64,000 nucleotides of DNA, from assembly GCA_002269645.1 (NCBI GenBank), contig NIVC01002089.1, positions 1 through 64,000 on the forward strand, read 5' to 3'. A program made the position numbers and the translations under genes. Source of the DNA: Macrostomum lignano. Its lineage: Eukaryota. Positions 38,201-51,614 of the stretch are shown piece after piece. The notes beneath the pieces are model-generated. The model searched no databases. It saw only the letters and a list, made by a program, of their open reading frames with translations, and was not told where the DNA came from. The stretch's first letter is position 1; each line of letters begins with the position of its first letter.

Positions 38201-41200
38201 CCAGATAGCAAGCACCCCCAGATAGCAGGCTCTCCCAGATAGCAAGCACCCCCAGATAGTAGGCTCTCCCAGATAGCAAGCACCCCCAGATAGCAAGCAC
38301 CCTCAGATAGCAAGCACCCCCCGATAACAAGCACCCCAGAAAGCAAGCACCCCCAGATAGCAAGCACCCCCAGATAGCAAGCACCCCCAGATAGCAAGCA
38401 CCCCAGATAGCAAGCAACCAATTGATAGCAAGCAACCAATTGATAGCAAGCACCCCAAGATAGCAAGCACCCCAGATAGCAAGCAACCAATTGATAGCAA
38501 GTATTGATCCTTAAATAGCAAGCATCCACTGGACAATAAGTAGCAAGTGCAACAATTTCTTTAGCTTTATAATGGCTCCTTTGTGATTGGCATGACGCTT
38601 CTTTTTACATTTGAAATTGCGTCTCCTATGTTTGACTTGGTGGCTCTTTACTGTTCGACATAGTGGCTCTTTAATGTTTGACATGGTGGCTCTTCTATTT
38701 TTGACATGGTGGCTCTTTAATGTTCTACATGGTGGCCCTTTAATGTTCGACATGGTGGCTCTTTACTGTTAGACATGGTGGCTCTTTAATGTTTGACATC
38801 ATGCCACATTTATGTTTGACATGGTGGCTCTTTAATGTTCGACATGGTGGCTCTTTTAGGTTTGATATAATGGCTCTTTAATGTTTGACATGGTGGCTCT
38901 TTAATGTTCGACATGGTGGCTCTTTTATGTTAGACATGGTGGCTCTTTTAGGTTTGACATGATGGCACTTTTATGTTTTGACATGGTGGCTCTTTAATGT
39001 TTGACATAATGGCTCTTTTATGTTTGACAATGTGGCTCTTTAATGTTTTACATGGTGGCTCTTCAATGTTCGACATGGTGGCTCTTTAATGTTCGACATG
39101 GTGGCTCTTTAATGTTTGAAATGGTGGCTCTTTAATGTTTGACATAAAGTAACATATATGTTGGACATGGTGGATCTTTAATGTTCGACATGGTGGCTCT
39201 TTTATGTTCGACATGGTGGCTCTCTTTATTATGACATGGTGGCTCTCTTTATTATGACATGGTGGCTCTTCTATGTTTGACATGGTGGCTCTTAAATCTT
39301 TGACATGGTGGCTTCTAAATGTTTGACATGGTGGCTCTTTAATGTTCGAAATGGTGGCTCTTTAAAATTCTACATGGTGGCTCTTTAATGTTCGACATGG
39401 TGGCTCTTTAATGTTCGAAATGGTGGCTCTTTAATGTTTGAAATGGTGGCTCTTTATTGTTTGACATAAAGTCACATATATGTTTGACATGGTGGCTCCT
39501 AAATGTTTGACATAGTGACTCTTTATGTTTGACATGGTGGCTCTTTTATGTTCGAAATGGTGGCTCTTTAATGTTTGAAATGGTGGCTCTTTATTGTTTG
39601 ACATAAAGTCACATATATGTTTGACATGGTGGCTCTTTTATGTTCGACATGGTGGATCTTTTTTGTTCTATATGGTAACTCTTTTATGTTTGATACGGTG
39701 GCTTTTTAATGTTTGACATGTTGGCTCTTTTATGTTTGACATGGTGGCTATTTTATGTTTGACATGGTGGGTCTTTTATGTTTGACATGGTGGCTCTTAA
39801 ATGTTCGACATGGTCGCTCTTCTATGTTTGACATGGTAACTCTTTTATGTTCGATATGTTGTCTCTTCTATGTTTGACATTGCGCTTCTTTTATATTTAG
39901 CATTTTTTGTTTTTTTAAGTGTTTTAATAAAAAAATTTTTTTGCACTACTAAGATTCAAACCTAGGTCGCTACATTAGCATTCCAGTGTGTTCGCATCAG
40001 GGCTATCTCTTTTCAATTGGAGAACATGAATTGTGGCCCTTATAATTCAATTCTTACAGCAAGTCACTTGGAGTAAAAAGTTATGACATAATCAATTTCT
40101 TAGTCAGCCAGTATCAGTCTCAATTTAAGTTAGCAATATTGGTTACGCAATTTAAATCAAGTCGTGTGTGCATTTTTTCGGCACTGTTTTCAACTTGTTG
40201 TGATGCAATCTTTATCACAATCGGAATTCAGTCAGTCAGTTTTTTTCTCTAGCATTCTTACAATGCATTTCAAGTTGAAAATTTGGCTTAACCTTTGCAG
40301 AAAAGCATGTTTTTTGAATATTTAATTCCTTTAACATTGAGCAATTTCTTAGCCAAGATGCATGTACCGTCCCAGGAAAATTTCTGATCGAATGGTGCAA
40401 GTTTGAAGAAAATTGGTTGAGCCATTTTTTCTGATATCTATCGCATAGCTAGTTAGTTACAGACATTTCATTTTTAGTATATAGGATGCCATGCTGATAA
40501 GCCTATTTGAATGCACAATTTGTACCCCAAGCTTTGTTGAGCTTGTCCAGCAGTCAGTTGCTGACTCTAAGGAGCAGGTGCAGCTTGGGTGACAGCAGAA
40601 GCATCAAAACTTTGTCATCATTATCTGGTAGCAGTGCCATGTTGACACAATTTTTAAAGTTCTTTGCCTTTGTATGAACTTGGCCAGCTGCTTGGAACTG
40701 CTGAGCAAACTGCCAAATTCTTGGTTCTTGGTACACCATTTTCTATAAGAGGAGCCAGAGCTTTGCAATAGGGGCAGCAGTATGCAGGAATGAGGTTGCA
40801 ATCCATAGATAATGTTTGCAACTTTCATATCTGCAGTGACTGGGATTTGAAGTTTGTTGAAAGTGATTGCCTTGAGCAGAGCCTGAGGAGCCTCAGGAAC
40901 ATTGTTGACAATTGCAAGCAACAGGATCTTTTTAACACCAGTGTCACAGAATTTCCTGCTGGTGGCTCCTCAAGTTCCAATTTTGGGTTTTGTGTTAGAG
41001 CTAATTATTGAAATGCAAACTTTAAAAAATCTGCCAGCACCATAGAGACCCAGCAAACAGTGAAAGTCATTTAAACTGCATTGCTAAGCAACATGTGCAA
41101 TGAGTTTGACCGAGTCATTGCAGACAATAGTCAGGTGGCAAATAGTGTTGGCTGTGGCAGTAGTTGAGGTTAGCTCTGAGAACTGGAGATTCTAGATGTT

Positions 41201-44200
41201 GAAGTAATATTCCAATGCTCAATCTTGCTATACCAAGATTTTCTTCAAGTTTGACTCAACTGCACAAGATGAGCTTGCACTAGAATGAAGCACTTGAATG
41301 GCCTGTAGCACTTGATTATTGCTCAGATTCAGAGTTGTTTTCAAGTGCATCATAGTGTCCATCCTTGTTAGAGGAAAGCTTGCACTGCTGTTTTGAGCAA
41401 CATGCATAGCAACTCAAATTGGATGGCCACCTCAATGTCTGGCTAGAGTGATCAAATTCAAATCTGACATCAACCCAGCCATCTTTTAGGCAATATTTGC
41501 TGGCCAGCATCTCCCTTGTCCTTGGACTGACTGTTTGCTTGATGTTAGTCACCTTGGCTATCAAGTTGCATTTGTACTGTTTGCCATGCCCAACTGGAGA
41601 ATGACAGTATAAGCAGGAAAGCATAGCCATTGCTCCTTCAGCTGGTGCTAGGGATCTTTCACATGGTTGACCAGGTGGGGCTCAAGCAGGACCTGTTGTA
41701 TAAGGCATCTTTGGATCACTGCCTTTGTGGTGATTGCCACAAGCCATTTTGCATAGTTGGCAGTTGCAATCTGGTCTGCTTCTGGTGGCTAGAGGCAGAC
41801 TTTTCATGTTGGCTATTATCTTCTCGTAATCTGGTCACAATGGCAGAGCACAAGGCATCAGACTTCTTAGTGACAATAAAATGTGCCTGCAGCCCTGGCA
41901 AACTCCTTCAGGTAGAAAGTGCCACACTGCCTCATAGTCCTAAAACAAGTTGGCTACTAGGGGTCAGACGGGATCCTGATCCCGATCCCAAAAACTCAGG
42001 ATCCCAAAGAAAATTGGGATCCCGATCCCGACAACTTTAATTTTGGGAATTGGGATAGGCTAATGTCATTTTTGTTTTTTTTTCTGCAGAGTAGAAGTTT
42101 TTGCCATAGTCATTTTACTAGAGATATTTAAGTGAAACAAATTGTTTAAACTATTGTTTCAAGCCCCTTGCCAAAGAAGTCAAGCTACTGTTACTTCAAT
42201 ATCATGGCAACACGATATAACAAGGTAAGTCAAATGGTTTATTCAAGTGCTGACTGTTTTGAGTTAGTACTAGTTTCAGTCGAATTTGTATTTGTTATAG
42301 GTAGGCATAGAATTTTTTTGTTAGCAATATTGCCAGAAAAAATATTCACGGAAATCATGCTTGGGTGCAACCTAGGGATTCACCCGGCCGTTTCTATTGG
42401 CAACACACACACGTAAGTCGCTATTGGACAGAATAGTAGTCACGTGACTGCTCTCAGCCAATAGCGACTTACATGTGTGTGTTGCCAATAGAAACGGCCG
42501 GGTGATTCCCAAGGTTGCGCATGTATGACGGAAATAAAACATTCTATGTCACTATGCACTACCACAATATATGCTATTACTTAAATACTTATTACACTTC
42601 ATTGGATTTAATTTCGCGGCTTTACGTGCTTATTATTTTCTATTAAATGCTATCTTATCTAGATCCCTTCATAATTTTTAATACATTTTATATGTACATG
42701 TATGTAATGGTACATTACGATTTGTATTCCAAATTTCAAAATTTGGAAGCGTCTAAAAAATCGCTAAATATATACTAATTTTTGCTACATATACATGTAT
42801 TTCATTTTGCAAAAGCAGTAAATCGAATGTAAAAAGTGAGTATTGGTCATACTAAACTTTGTTTTTCTGCATTTTGATTTTGGAAAATTTCAATTTTGAG
42901 TTTGGAAAGTTAACGAATTTTGATTTCGAGGAAACTGCTCTTTCGGGACATCTCTAATAATCCTAAAGTGCAGGAAAATAATTTGACTCTATTCTAAAGC
43001 GCGCATCTGTGGGTTTTCAACATTTATTCCAATAGGGATGATAGGCATAGGCCTACTACTAATAAATACTATTGGATTCATTAGTCATCAATATTTTATG
43101 GCACAACCACAATACAAAAATTCCAGTATTAGAATTTAGTTTCATTTAGAATTTTATTTGATTTGAATTTGATTAGCCTAGGACTGAATTTTTAATTTAA
43201 GAACATTTTCTATCAATGAAAAAATTGTTTAATTCATCAGATTATTGATTATATTAAAAATATTATGAAAAAAGTAACATTTGATTATTGATTTAATTAT
43301 GAACTTGTAATTTACATTTAATTAGTAATATTATGTAAATGTAAATTATGCATATATGCAAACAAGAAATGTTATAAAAGTTATAATATATATTTTATTG
43401 ATTGCCTCATTTATGTTGGTCCAGTGGACCAGTCCTATGGGGTATGGACTAGTCTAATAGTTAGTTATTGGACATTGGTATTGGTTGGATATTGGTATTG
43501 GTACTAATTCTAATTTCTAACATTCATAACATAAGAATTAGGATACAAATGTATTGTTTACCTAGGCATATAGTGGGTATACAATATACATGTATGTATG
43601 ATATGGATGGACTTTGGGAGTTTGGGTATGGTATTTGTATCCATATGGAGTTCATTTGCCCCTATCCCGAATCCCGATCCCGATCCCGATTTTTTTTTCA
43701 ATCCCGATCCTGACCGATCCCGTCCAACCCCTATTGGCTACCACAGATTCAAAATTAGAGCAAGAAAAAATCAGTGCAAAAGCTTGTTTCAAGCAGAGTA
43801 GGCACAAACTTTGCCTGTTCTTGTTATGAGTTTTTTTGTTGTTGGCATTGTGGACAGTACAAGCTATGCAAATAAGCTTATTCAGTTCAGGCACTCACTT
43901 GTTTTAGATTAGATAGAACTAGATCAGACCTTTATAAGTAAATTGAGCAGCATGATAACCAAAAAATAGTTAATGCACCTGGCAGAAATATTACAAAGCT
44001 AAGATACTAACTATAAGATACTATTGATAAGATACTAACTATTATTACAAGTATACTATTGATAAATTTCTCTTATGGCTGCAATTGAAAGGCATAAGCT
44101 ATTTGCTATGCAGTGTTTTATTGCTCAAGCAGATATAGGCAATATTTATTCCCAAAGTCCTTTGTGGTCTATTCATAATTATCACTTAATAAGCAAAAAT

Positions 44201-45254
44201 CCTATTAGAGCTAGTGTTCCACCATAGCCGTAGCTATGGCTATAGGATCCTATGGCAAATACAGTAAAATAGATGCCTATGGCAGCTATGGATACACCTA
44301 CAGTAGCTAGCTGCTATGATGGCTATGACTACAGAAATATGGTAGTTGCTGTCACATTCCATAGATTCTTGTAGCCATAGTTATTAATGTTAAAAATTGA
44401 AAAAAATATTAGAAACAGGTAGAGCAAAACAAAGATACTTTTAGTAAACTGTATTATCAACCTAGAAACTTATAAAATATACTTTAAAAAGGTATAATAA
44501 AACACTAGCAAACTCTAATTTTTATTAATGTAAAGTTTAGCATTAGTACTTTCAGTAACAATTAAGTATTGTTGGTCTGAAAAAAGATGAAATATAATCT
44601 TACAAAGGTAGGCAATTGAGTGTTTCTTTTATTTTCTAATTTAATTTGCAGTTGTTTAAGCACTAAGTTATCATCTAGATTTAAGATATTTTATTTTTTA
44701 GACTTTTTGTTAAAACTACAGCTAGGCCTATGGCTATGGCCATGGGAACTATGGGAATATAGTAATTTTGGGGTCTCTATGGCTACGGAATACGGAGAAT
44801 TGGAATAAGCCGTAGTTTTGCTTATGGCTACAGCTATGGTACATGGACCCTCCTTACGGCGGAACACTAATTAGACGTTAGAGCAATAAAATATTTTGTT
44901 TTAAAGTGTACTGAAACATATATTACTAAATAGTGCCATACATAGCAAAGATAGGCATATGAATTTTAATGAGTGCACTTTCCAAACTACAGAAAAGGAG
45001 TAGTTTAATAGTATATAGGTGCTGTCTTGTGGCAATTTTTCCCCAATATCAGTGCCCAGCCTAACTATGAAAGGCCTTTTAGAGTTAAGTCAAAGTAATT
45101 TAACTTGTGTAGTTTAATTTAAATTATATAGATCATAGATCACAAGCAGAGCCTAAACAGTAGGCCCTAAACCTATACTACATATACAATATAAATATTA
45201 TAGGCCCAGGGGCCCCATGCCTACCTTTTGGAGACGTCGTGTAGATGCACCCAT
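35278..45254 (-). CDS. UBE2L3: Ubiquitin-conjugating enzyme E2 L3 (UbcH7 type, 157 aa), 3 exons
   Basis: complement join(45225..45254,35686..35974,35278..35432): [10 protein letters not shown]|ELADITKS...PFKPPK...[15 protein letters not shown]...KPATKTEQ|[26 protein letters not shown]...; GT-AG sites in frame; exon 1 located by eye. Confidence 0.93.
35565..35665. repeat. ~25-bp x4 repeat in UBE2L3 intron 2
   Basis: AATTCTGTAATTATCTTAGATCCC tandem copies. Confidence 0.9.
36110..36340. repeat. ~21-bp minisatellite in UBE2L3 intron 1
   Basis: TGTGATCTACCCTAGTAACAA tandem copies. Confidence 0.88.
37975..38500. repeat. 16-19 bp minisatellite
   Basis: CCCAGATAGCAAGCAC with a variable C run. Confidence 0.93.
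38630..39880. repeat. 22-23 bp minisatellite
   Basis: ATGTTTGACATGGTGGCTCTTTA, about 50 diverged copies. Confidence 0.95.
40550..41950 (-). pseudogene. Decayed Chapaev/Transib (RAG1-like) DDE transposase relic
   Basis: Minus-strand fragments across frameshifts: [75 protein letters not shown]; upstream C-x2-C motifs ([16 protein letters not shown]). No TIRs identified. Confidence 0.6.
41958..43733. mobile_element. Non-autonomous hAT element (1776 bp)
   Basis: TIR TAGGGGT(CA/TG)GACGGGATC; subterminal GATCCC repeats; perfect 8-bp TSD TTGGCTAC (41950-41957, 43734-43741). Confidence 0.9.
42356..42527. mobile_element. Palindromic hAT MITE (172 bp) nested in the 1776-bp element
   Basis: Near-perfect ~65-bp arms around a central AGTCACGTGACT; 8-bp TSD ACGGAAAT (42348-42355, 42528-42535). 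Confidence 0.9.
44212..44869 (-). mobile_element. Non-autonomous hAT element, inverted copy of 19785-20405
   Basis: TAGTGTTCCACC...GGCGGAACACTA; flanks ATTAGAGC/ATTAGACG (6/8). Confidence 0.78.
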
Positions 45255-45775
45255 TTATTGTTTTTATGTAGGCTAGTTATAGCTAGATTATATTTAAAAA
45301 ATTAAGCAACCACGCTATTAGTATTAGATCGGAAAAATCGGAAGCACAGTTGTGGCACTACGATTTTATAATCCGCGAAATATGTGTAATAAGCCTATCC
45401 TATTTATTATTGTAACTGAAAAGGAAACTGTCCAAGGGGAAGCAAATTTTTCGAGGCGAGAATTTCGTATATCCACTAAATCGAATTACAACGTTTTTAT
45501 ACACTTTATATTGTGATAATCGTATCATTAACTTTGTTTGTGTTTTAGTTACGGTTCATTAATTACTCCTTGTCCTGTTACCAGTCCTGTTGCCCCTGAA
45601 AGTCATACAATAATAACACAATTTTGTTTAACTACTTTTTACCCTTCGGCAATATTTAAATTAGATCCTTTTTGTTCCAACGGGGATCCACTCCGCAGAT
45701 GATGAGCATGCAGACCAAGAAGGATGAGATATTTTTAACATTGCTAGTAGATTCCTAGCAGTCCTATTAGTAGGT

Positions 45776-45875
45776 TGGCTATAATTTTCAGTTGGCTATA
45801 ATTTTCAGTTAGCTATAATTTTCAGTTGGCTATAATTTTCAGTTGGCTATAATTTTCAGTTGGCTATAATTTTCA
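45776..45875. repeat. 17-bp tandem repeat directly 5' of the RTE-like LINE
   Basis: TTGGCTATAATTTTCAG x5-6. Confidence 0.9.
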
Positions 45876-45879
45876 CGCC

Positions 45880-48735
45880 CAACAATGCGTAAAGATGAGT
45901 CAATAGGGCCAGGTGCCAACGGTGTCGCCGTCAACTTGACGGAGCGGCAAACAAAGATGGCGACCTACAGAGGACGGCGGCCGAGTGTGCATGGCTCCGA
46001 AACGCCGAGCACACGCTTTAATGCCCAGCGCAATGCACTGCGCACCATGCTGCCCGCCGGCTCCACCAGGACTCGCGGCCTGCCCAGCCGGAGCCTGCTA
46101 GAGGATTGGACACATTATCCTTGCCAGTCCCCCGCACTGCACCAGCTAGCAGAACAATCGAGACAACCAAAGAAAGTCAAAACCAGTTTGATAACTGCAC
46201 AAGACTTGCTACCTTCAACGCACGAACGCTCACTGCCCCCTGGAGACTGCACGAGCTAACCAAGCTGGCAAAGAGCATGAACATCTCCATTCTGGCTGTC
46301 CAACAACACCGCAGGAGCACCGAAGAGTGCGCTGATCCAGGCCTTGGCTGCAGCAGTTCCGAGCCGCCCCAGCCTCAGCCCAGGGTTCTGGAGGCTTCGG
46401 GTTTCTGCTGTCACCTGGTGCCTCAAGGGCCCTTCTGAATGTGAGCTTCCCAACCGACCGCCTTGGCATTGCCTCTTTTGGCACGAAGGACTTCATGTAA
46501 TCTGCGTCTACGCCCCCACAGCCCCACGCACAGCTACTGATCTTACCGAGACTGAGTCAATGTATGACCACCTGGGATCACTCATCGACTCGGTTCCTGA
46601 TCGCGACCAGCTTTTTGTGGCTGGAGACTTCAACGCGCCACTGTCCCCTGATTGCCGCCTGGTAAAGAACAACTGCGGCTCCACCAACACTAACTCGGAC
46701 TTCCTGTCAACTTTCATTCACTCTCAAGACCTGATTGCAGCCAATGGTGTCATGCGGCAGCGGTACAACAAGCTGCCCACCTTCTTCGGCCCAAATGGAC
46801 GGACCACGCCATCAGATCTCGACTGCGCAAAGTGGTCAATATCCGCCCCAGCTGCGTGAGGTCCGACCATTCTCTGCTGGCCTGCGACATCAACTGCCGA
46901 TGGAAAAAGTACAAGGCTGGCCCACCGCACCTCCTCTGGGCAGATCTGAGAAACCCAGACACGCGCAGTGCGTTCACTGAAAAGCTGTAAAATGCTCTCC
47001 GGCCCTGAATGAATCGGCGGACACCTTCACCAGAGCTATTGAGGAAGCTGTCTCGATCCTACCAAAACGAAAACCGCACCAACCAAAAGCCCTCTGGGAC
47101 TCCGACGAGGAGATCTCCATCGCTAGGCGCGACGTGCAAAGAACAACCGCAGTCTTTGGCCAAGACAGTGAGCAGGCTGAAACAGCCCGGGCCCAACTAC
47201 GCGACACGCATGCCCGGAGGACCGAAGCCTTTGTCCAGGAGACTGTTGCTGAAATTCAACTAGCAACAGACAACTGCCGGCACACAGCGGCCTGGCGCGC
47301 CATCAACCGCCTGACTGGCAGGAAGCAGAGGGCCAATGCCGCTGTAGGTGCTGAGTCCATACACCATCGCAAAGCCCTGCTGGCCACTCACTACCACAAT
47401 GTGCTCAACGCTCCACCACCCTCTGCTGATTTGCTGCCGATCGAAAACTTTACCCCGGCTGAGCCCTCGACTTTCAACTCCGGCCCGCTGACTGCCTACG
47501 AGGTGAACCGAGTGCTCAAGACCATGAGCCCCGCCGCTGCCGCCGGAGTAAATGGCATTCCACCCAGGATGCTCAAGCTGCCGGAGCTGACACAGGACAT
47601 CACGACTTTGCTCAACAAGCACTGTCCGCTTGGAGGCAACCCAGATGCTACTGCTGCTGACAACTGGCGCACCTCTAAGATCGTCTCCATCCCCAAGAAG
47701 GGCGCATCCACCAGTCTGGACAACCAACGCGGCATCGCTCTGGAATGCACTCTGGCTAAGCTGCTCAATGCTATACTGCGTAATCGGCTGCTGCCTGGCC
47801 ACAACCAAATGATCCTGAGCCTCCAAAGTGGCTTCAGGCCCGGCCGCTCGACAACAGAGCAGATTGCAGCCCTTCGAGCAGTCGTCGAGGCCGGTAAAAC
47901 TCACCAACGAGCTGTGTCAATTGTTTTTGCGGACTTCCGCAAAGCTTTTGACTCAGTGTGCCGGCGCGCGATCGCGTGGCTGCTCGAGCACTATGGCGTC
48001 CCCCCGGCTCTTATCTCTACAGTGATGGACCTCTACAACAACAGCAAAGCCTTTGTCCAAACCAGCGATGGCCCAACTGAGGACTTCTGCACCAGCTCCG
48101 GAGTCCTCCAAGTCCAAGGTGACACGTTGGCCCCACTGCTCTTTATCCTTGTCGTCGACTACGTGCTGCGCCGAAGCCTCACAGAGGAGGACAGTTACCT
48201 GCTGGCGTCACGTCGGAGCTCCCGCCGCGGTGCTGCCCCGTTGCCGCCCTCGCGTACGCCGACGACATCGCCCTGCTGTGCCGCAGTCCGACTGCCGCCC
48301 AGAGAGCGCTCTCAAGACTCTATGAGGAGAGCGCCCGAGTCGGATTGCAAATCAACGCACGCAAGACGGAGGTGCTGCACGTGGGCACCGATGCAGCACC
48401 AATCCTAACCCTTCCAGATGGGCAAGTCATTTCAGTCTGCAGAGACTTCCGGTACCTGGGCTCCCTCGTGAGGAGCCCTGACTCCATCATCGCTGACCGA
48501 AGGTCACAGGCCTGGCGCGCGGCTCATCTCCTCAGGGAGGTCTTCAGCTCAGCTGCCAACGACGACCTGAAGAAGCCACCCTCCAGCGGCGCCGGCTAAT
48601 GCTCGTCGGCCACTGCCTCCGCAGCTACGGCAGAGGGGCGCTCACCTTGCTGCATCAGCCAACCGAGCGTCTCCGACGGGGCCAAGGCCGGGCCGCCACG
48701 CTAGAGTCTGACCTACAAGCCATTAACCTGACCCC
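45880..48735 (+). mobile_element. RTE-like LINE (APE endonuclease-RT), frameshifted; boundaries approximate
   Basis: EN: RLATFNARTL, ISILAVQ, VICVYAPT, FVAGDFNAPL; RT (47134-48408): IVSIPKKG, QSGFRPGRSTTEQI, FADFRKAFDSV, QGDTLAPLLF, then YADD after a frameshift. No TSD found. Confidence 0.88.
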
Positions 48736-50124
48736 ACAATCTGTCACAAACTTCTTCCTTCTCGTCTCTCCTGCGAGCGCGTGTGCGCAAGACGCCTACC
48801 ATAATCTTTGCGTCCTTATATATATATATAGTAGATTCCGAAGGCCAATAGGCTTATTTGCATGTTTGAAGATAAAGATTCATATGCAAAAAAGTTTTAA
48901 AAGCATGGCGTCGGTTCAAAACAAATTGTATTATCATATACTTGAACTTTGCGCTTGCATTAACTACCCGTTCTGGGGCAACAAGAAAGTTGCTCTACTG
49001 AGCTATGAACAAACCCCCCGAAAACACCACAGAAGGGCTGCAGGGGACGACCAGTCACGGCCAAGATTGAGTTTTACGAGTAATTTCATTGTACATGTAC
49101 GCTCGTAACATATGGTAGTACGAATAGCGACATGTACATGTATATTCGTAAATTTTTGTTTTTTTGTGGTCGTAAAAGCCTAAATTTAAAAACGCTTTGG
49201 CTTTGGAAAATGAAAAAAAAACAGTAGGGCTTGGCAGTTCTCTGTGAAGTACATGTAGCCAGCCCATAGCTCGTGAGAACTGCACGTAGAATTGCTGAAA
49301 GCGATCAGCAGTCTTCAGGTTAATAATTTATAATTTAAACAAATAAATGTAAATAGAAATGGTGTAAATTTTGAATTTCCTAAACGAAAATTGAATCTAC
49401 ATGCATACTACTCGTATTATGTATCGTGTGTGCGGAATGCAAATTATCTGGCAGCACAAAAGTATCTAGCTAAATTCAGAGCCAGCTGGAGTGAGAGACG
49501 AGAATTCGGAAAGGACGGAAAAGAAATTTTATTTAGCTACTTAGCTCTCACTTCCCATCCATGATGTGGCATGTAATTTTTCTTCCCCATTATGTCGTCC
49601 TATGGCTATACAAACCCTCTCATCAGATCCTGTTCTTCGCATATTTCCAGCCCGCAGCCACGGGAGTGGAGGAGGGAGGCTGCATAAGCTTGGGAAGAAG
49701 ACTATACTGAGTGCTCTTCTGTGTGTCCCAAATCCCATTGCCCTGCGCTTGGATGGACGGGCGCTGCAGAAGCCTCAGGCAGCCCTGCCCTCGCGTGCCG
49801 AGGGTGGATTTTGTTTTTCTATGACGACGGGAAGAGATCTCTTGTCATGCAAGGCGATGGGGACAGACCGAGAGGAGCTGGAAGGGGAGCAAAGAGAAAG
49901 AAGAGAGGCGAGTGTGGGACCTCAAAAGAGAAAAAGGGTTCTCCAGCACTGAGGAGCAGCTGATGACTGCAATGGGAGGGACGCGACGGATTGGGCAGAT
50001 TGAGAGGATTTGGACTCAATCCCCTTCCCCCCGACATATAGAATTAAGAGAGCGCGGAAAGCAGAGGCTGAGGATCCGCCTGCGAGAGGACAAGCAGAGG
50101 GAGAGAAAGAGAGAGAGAGAGTGT

Positions 50125-50170
<46 letters not shown>

Positions 50171-50243
50171 ACTACACCAGGGCAATAGCTGCCGACTTTT
50201 GCGTTCTCAGAGGTGTTTCGTGGAAACTAGGCGTCGTCAGACG

Positions 50244-51485
50244 ATGACGTCGGCAGCGGCTACGTCTACCTCGGGCCATAGGCCCAGCCTCACCCTCATC
50301 AGCACCCGCACGGGTCGGCGAACATCCATCCATCACGACACGGAGTTTGCCGACCGGATGAACGCCTACATTGTCAGCCCGCTCATTCCCCTGCCGAAGC
50401 CGCCGCCGCCGCCGCCGCCAGCCCAAGCGAAGCGTCAACGACGACGCAATCCGACGCTCGACCGGCTGCTGCAGCCGCCGAAGGACGAATCGTCGGGTGC
50501 GTCAAACGGCTCGGCGTCGCAGCAGCTGATCGGGAAGCTGCGCTCGCTGAAGCTCCGGTTGCAGCGGCACGCATCGCTGCACGGCAGGGGCTGGCCGCCC
50601 AGGGACTTCCTGCTCATGCAGGAGGTGGCGGTGAGGTGAGGGCTTGATTGTGCTTCTCAGTTGTACTTTTATCTCACTCGTTTGATCTTTCGGGCTTCCC
50701 GCCTGACAGGAAGGATTCTTGTGCTCTTGTTAAGCCATTAAAAAATCTTGTCTCATAAGAAATACTCTTGTACAATAGGGATTAAGACATCTTGCCAACA
50801 CGTGCAACTGAAAGAACTCCTGAACTCCTGCCTGGCAGCAACAGGACGTCATTTGTTGACGTCAAACCAGGAATGGCTCGTATCCAATATTTGAAACCAT
50901 TGCTAAGCCGAAGACTCCACCCATTTTGCGCTCCACAGTTCGCAGTCCTCGCGCGGAGACCAGCAGCAGCAGCAGCAGCAGCACACCCAACAGTCGCCAG
51001 GTCAGGACACTCAGCCGGTTGACGGCATCGTCTGTACCGAGAGCGACATTCGTCGAATTGTTGGCGACCTTCTACTACGCCAGGAGATCGGCAGCAGCGG
51101 CAGCGGAGGCGTCGGCGTCGGCGGTAGCAGCGGCAGTCAGTCCCAGCAGCATCAGCTGATCGGAGTCGTCCCGCTGCCGCCGCCGGAGTCGCCCAGCCGC
51201 CGACTGGTGTGCTTCATCGATCCCCGGCGAGATAGGCTGGTGCCCGACTCAGGCAGCCTGCAGGTGTGCCACAGCTGCCTCAGGCCGCTTCCTGTTGATC
51301 AGCAGCGGCAGCAGCAGCCCAAGGAGGTGCTGTTCGACGAGAACGGCCAGACCTGGGAGGTGTACGGAGCCGACCTTGACCCCGACCTGCTGGGCCAGGC
51401 CATCCAGAACCACCTGGCCGCCAGGCGAAGGCAATCAGCGGAGACTGCGGATGAAGCTGCGACTGCTGCAGGAGACGCCGACTGA
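50244..51485 (+). CDS. GRIN_C (GPRIN C-terminal) domain protein, about 312 aa, 2 exons
   Basis: join(50244..50635,50939..51485) in frame; C-terminal VLFDENGQTWEVYGADLDPDLLGQAIQNHL matches the GRIN_C consensus (WD..G.TWEVYGA..DP..LG.AIQ.HL). Confidence 0.8.
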
Positions 51486-51614
51486 GAACTGGGAACCGAG
51501 TGCGTTCTTGGCTGCTCGACTTACGTTCAGAATCAAAAATAATTTTTTTATCTCTGTTACTCCTCACTTAGTAAGACAACTTGTCACGGTTTGTAAAGTG
51601 CGATGAACCAACAC

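Noticed and set aside
32943-39283. Multiple repetitive ORFs ([24 protein letters not shown])
   Set aside because: Minisatellite translations with no domain content.
45876-45970. Possible ribozyme at the 5' end of the RTE-like LINE
   Set aside because: Hairpins are present (CCGTC/GACGG, GTCGCC/GGCGAC), but I could not draw an HDV or hammerhead core.
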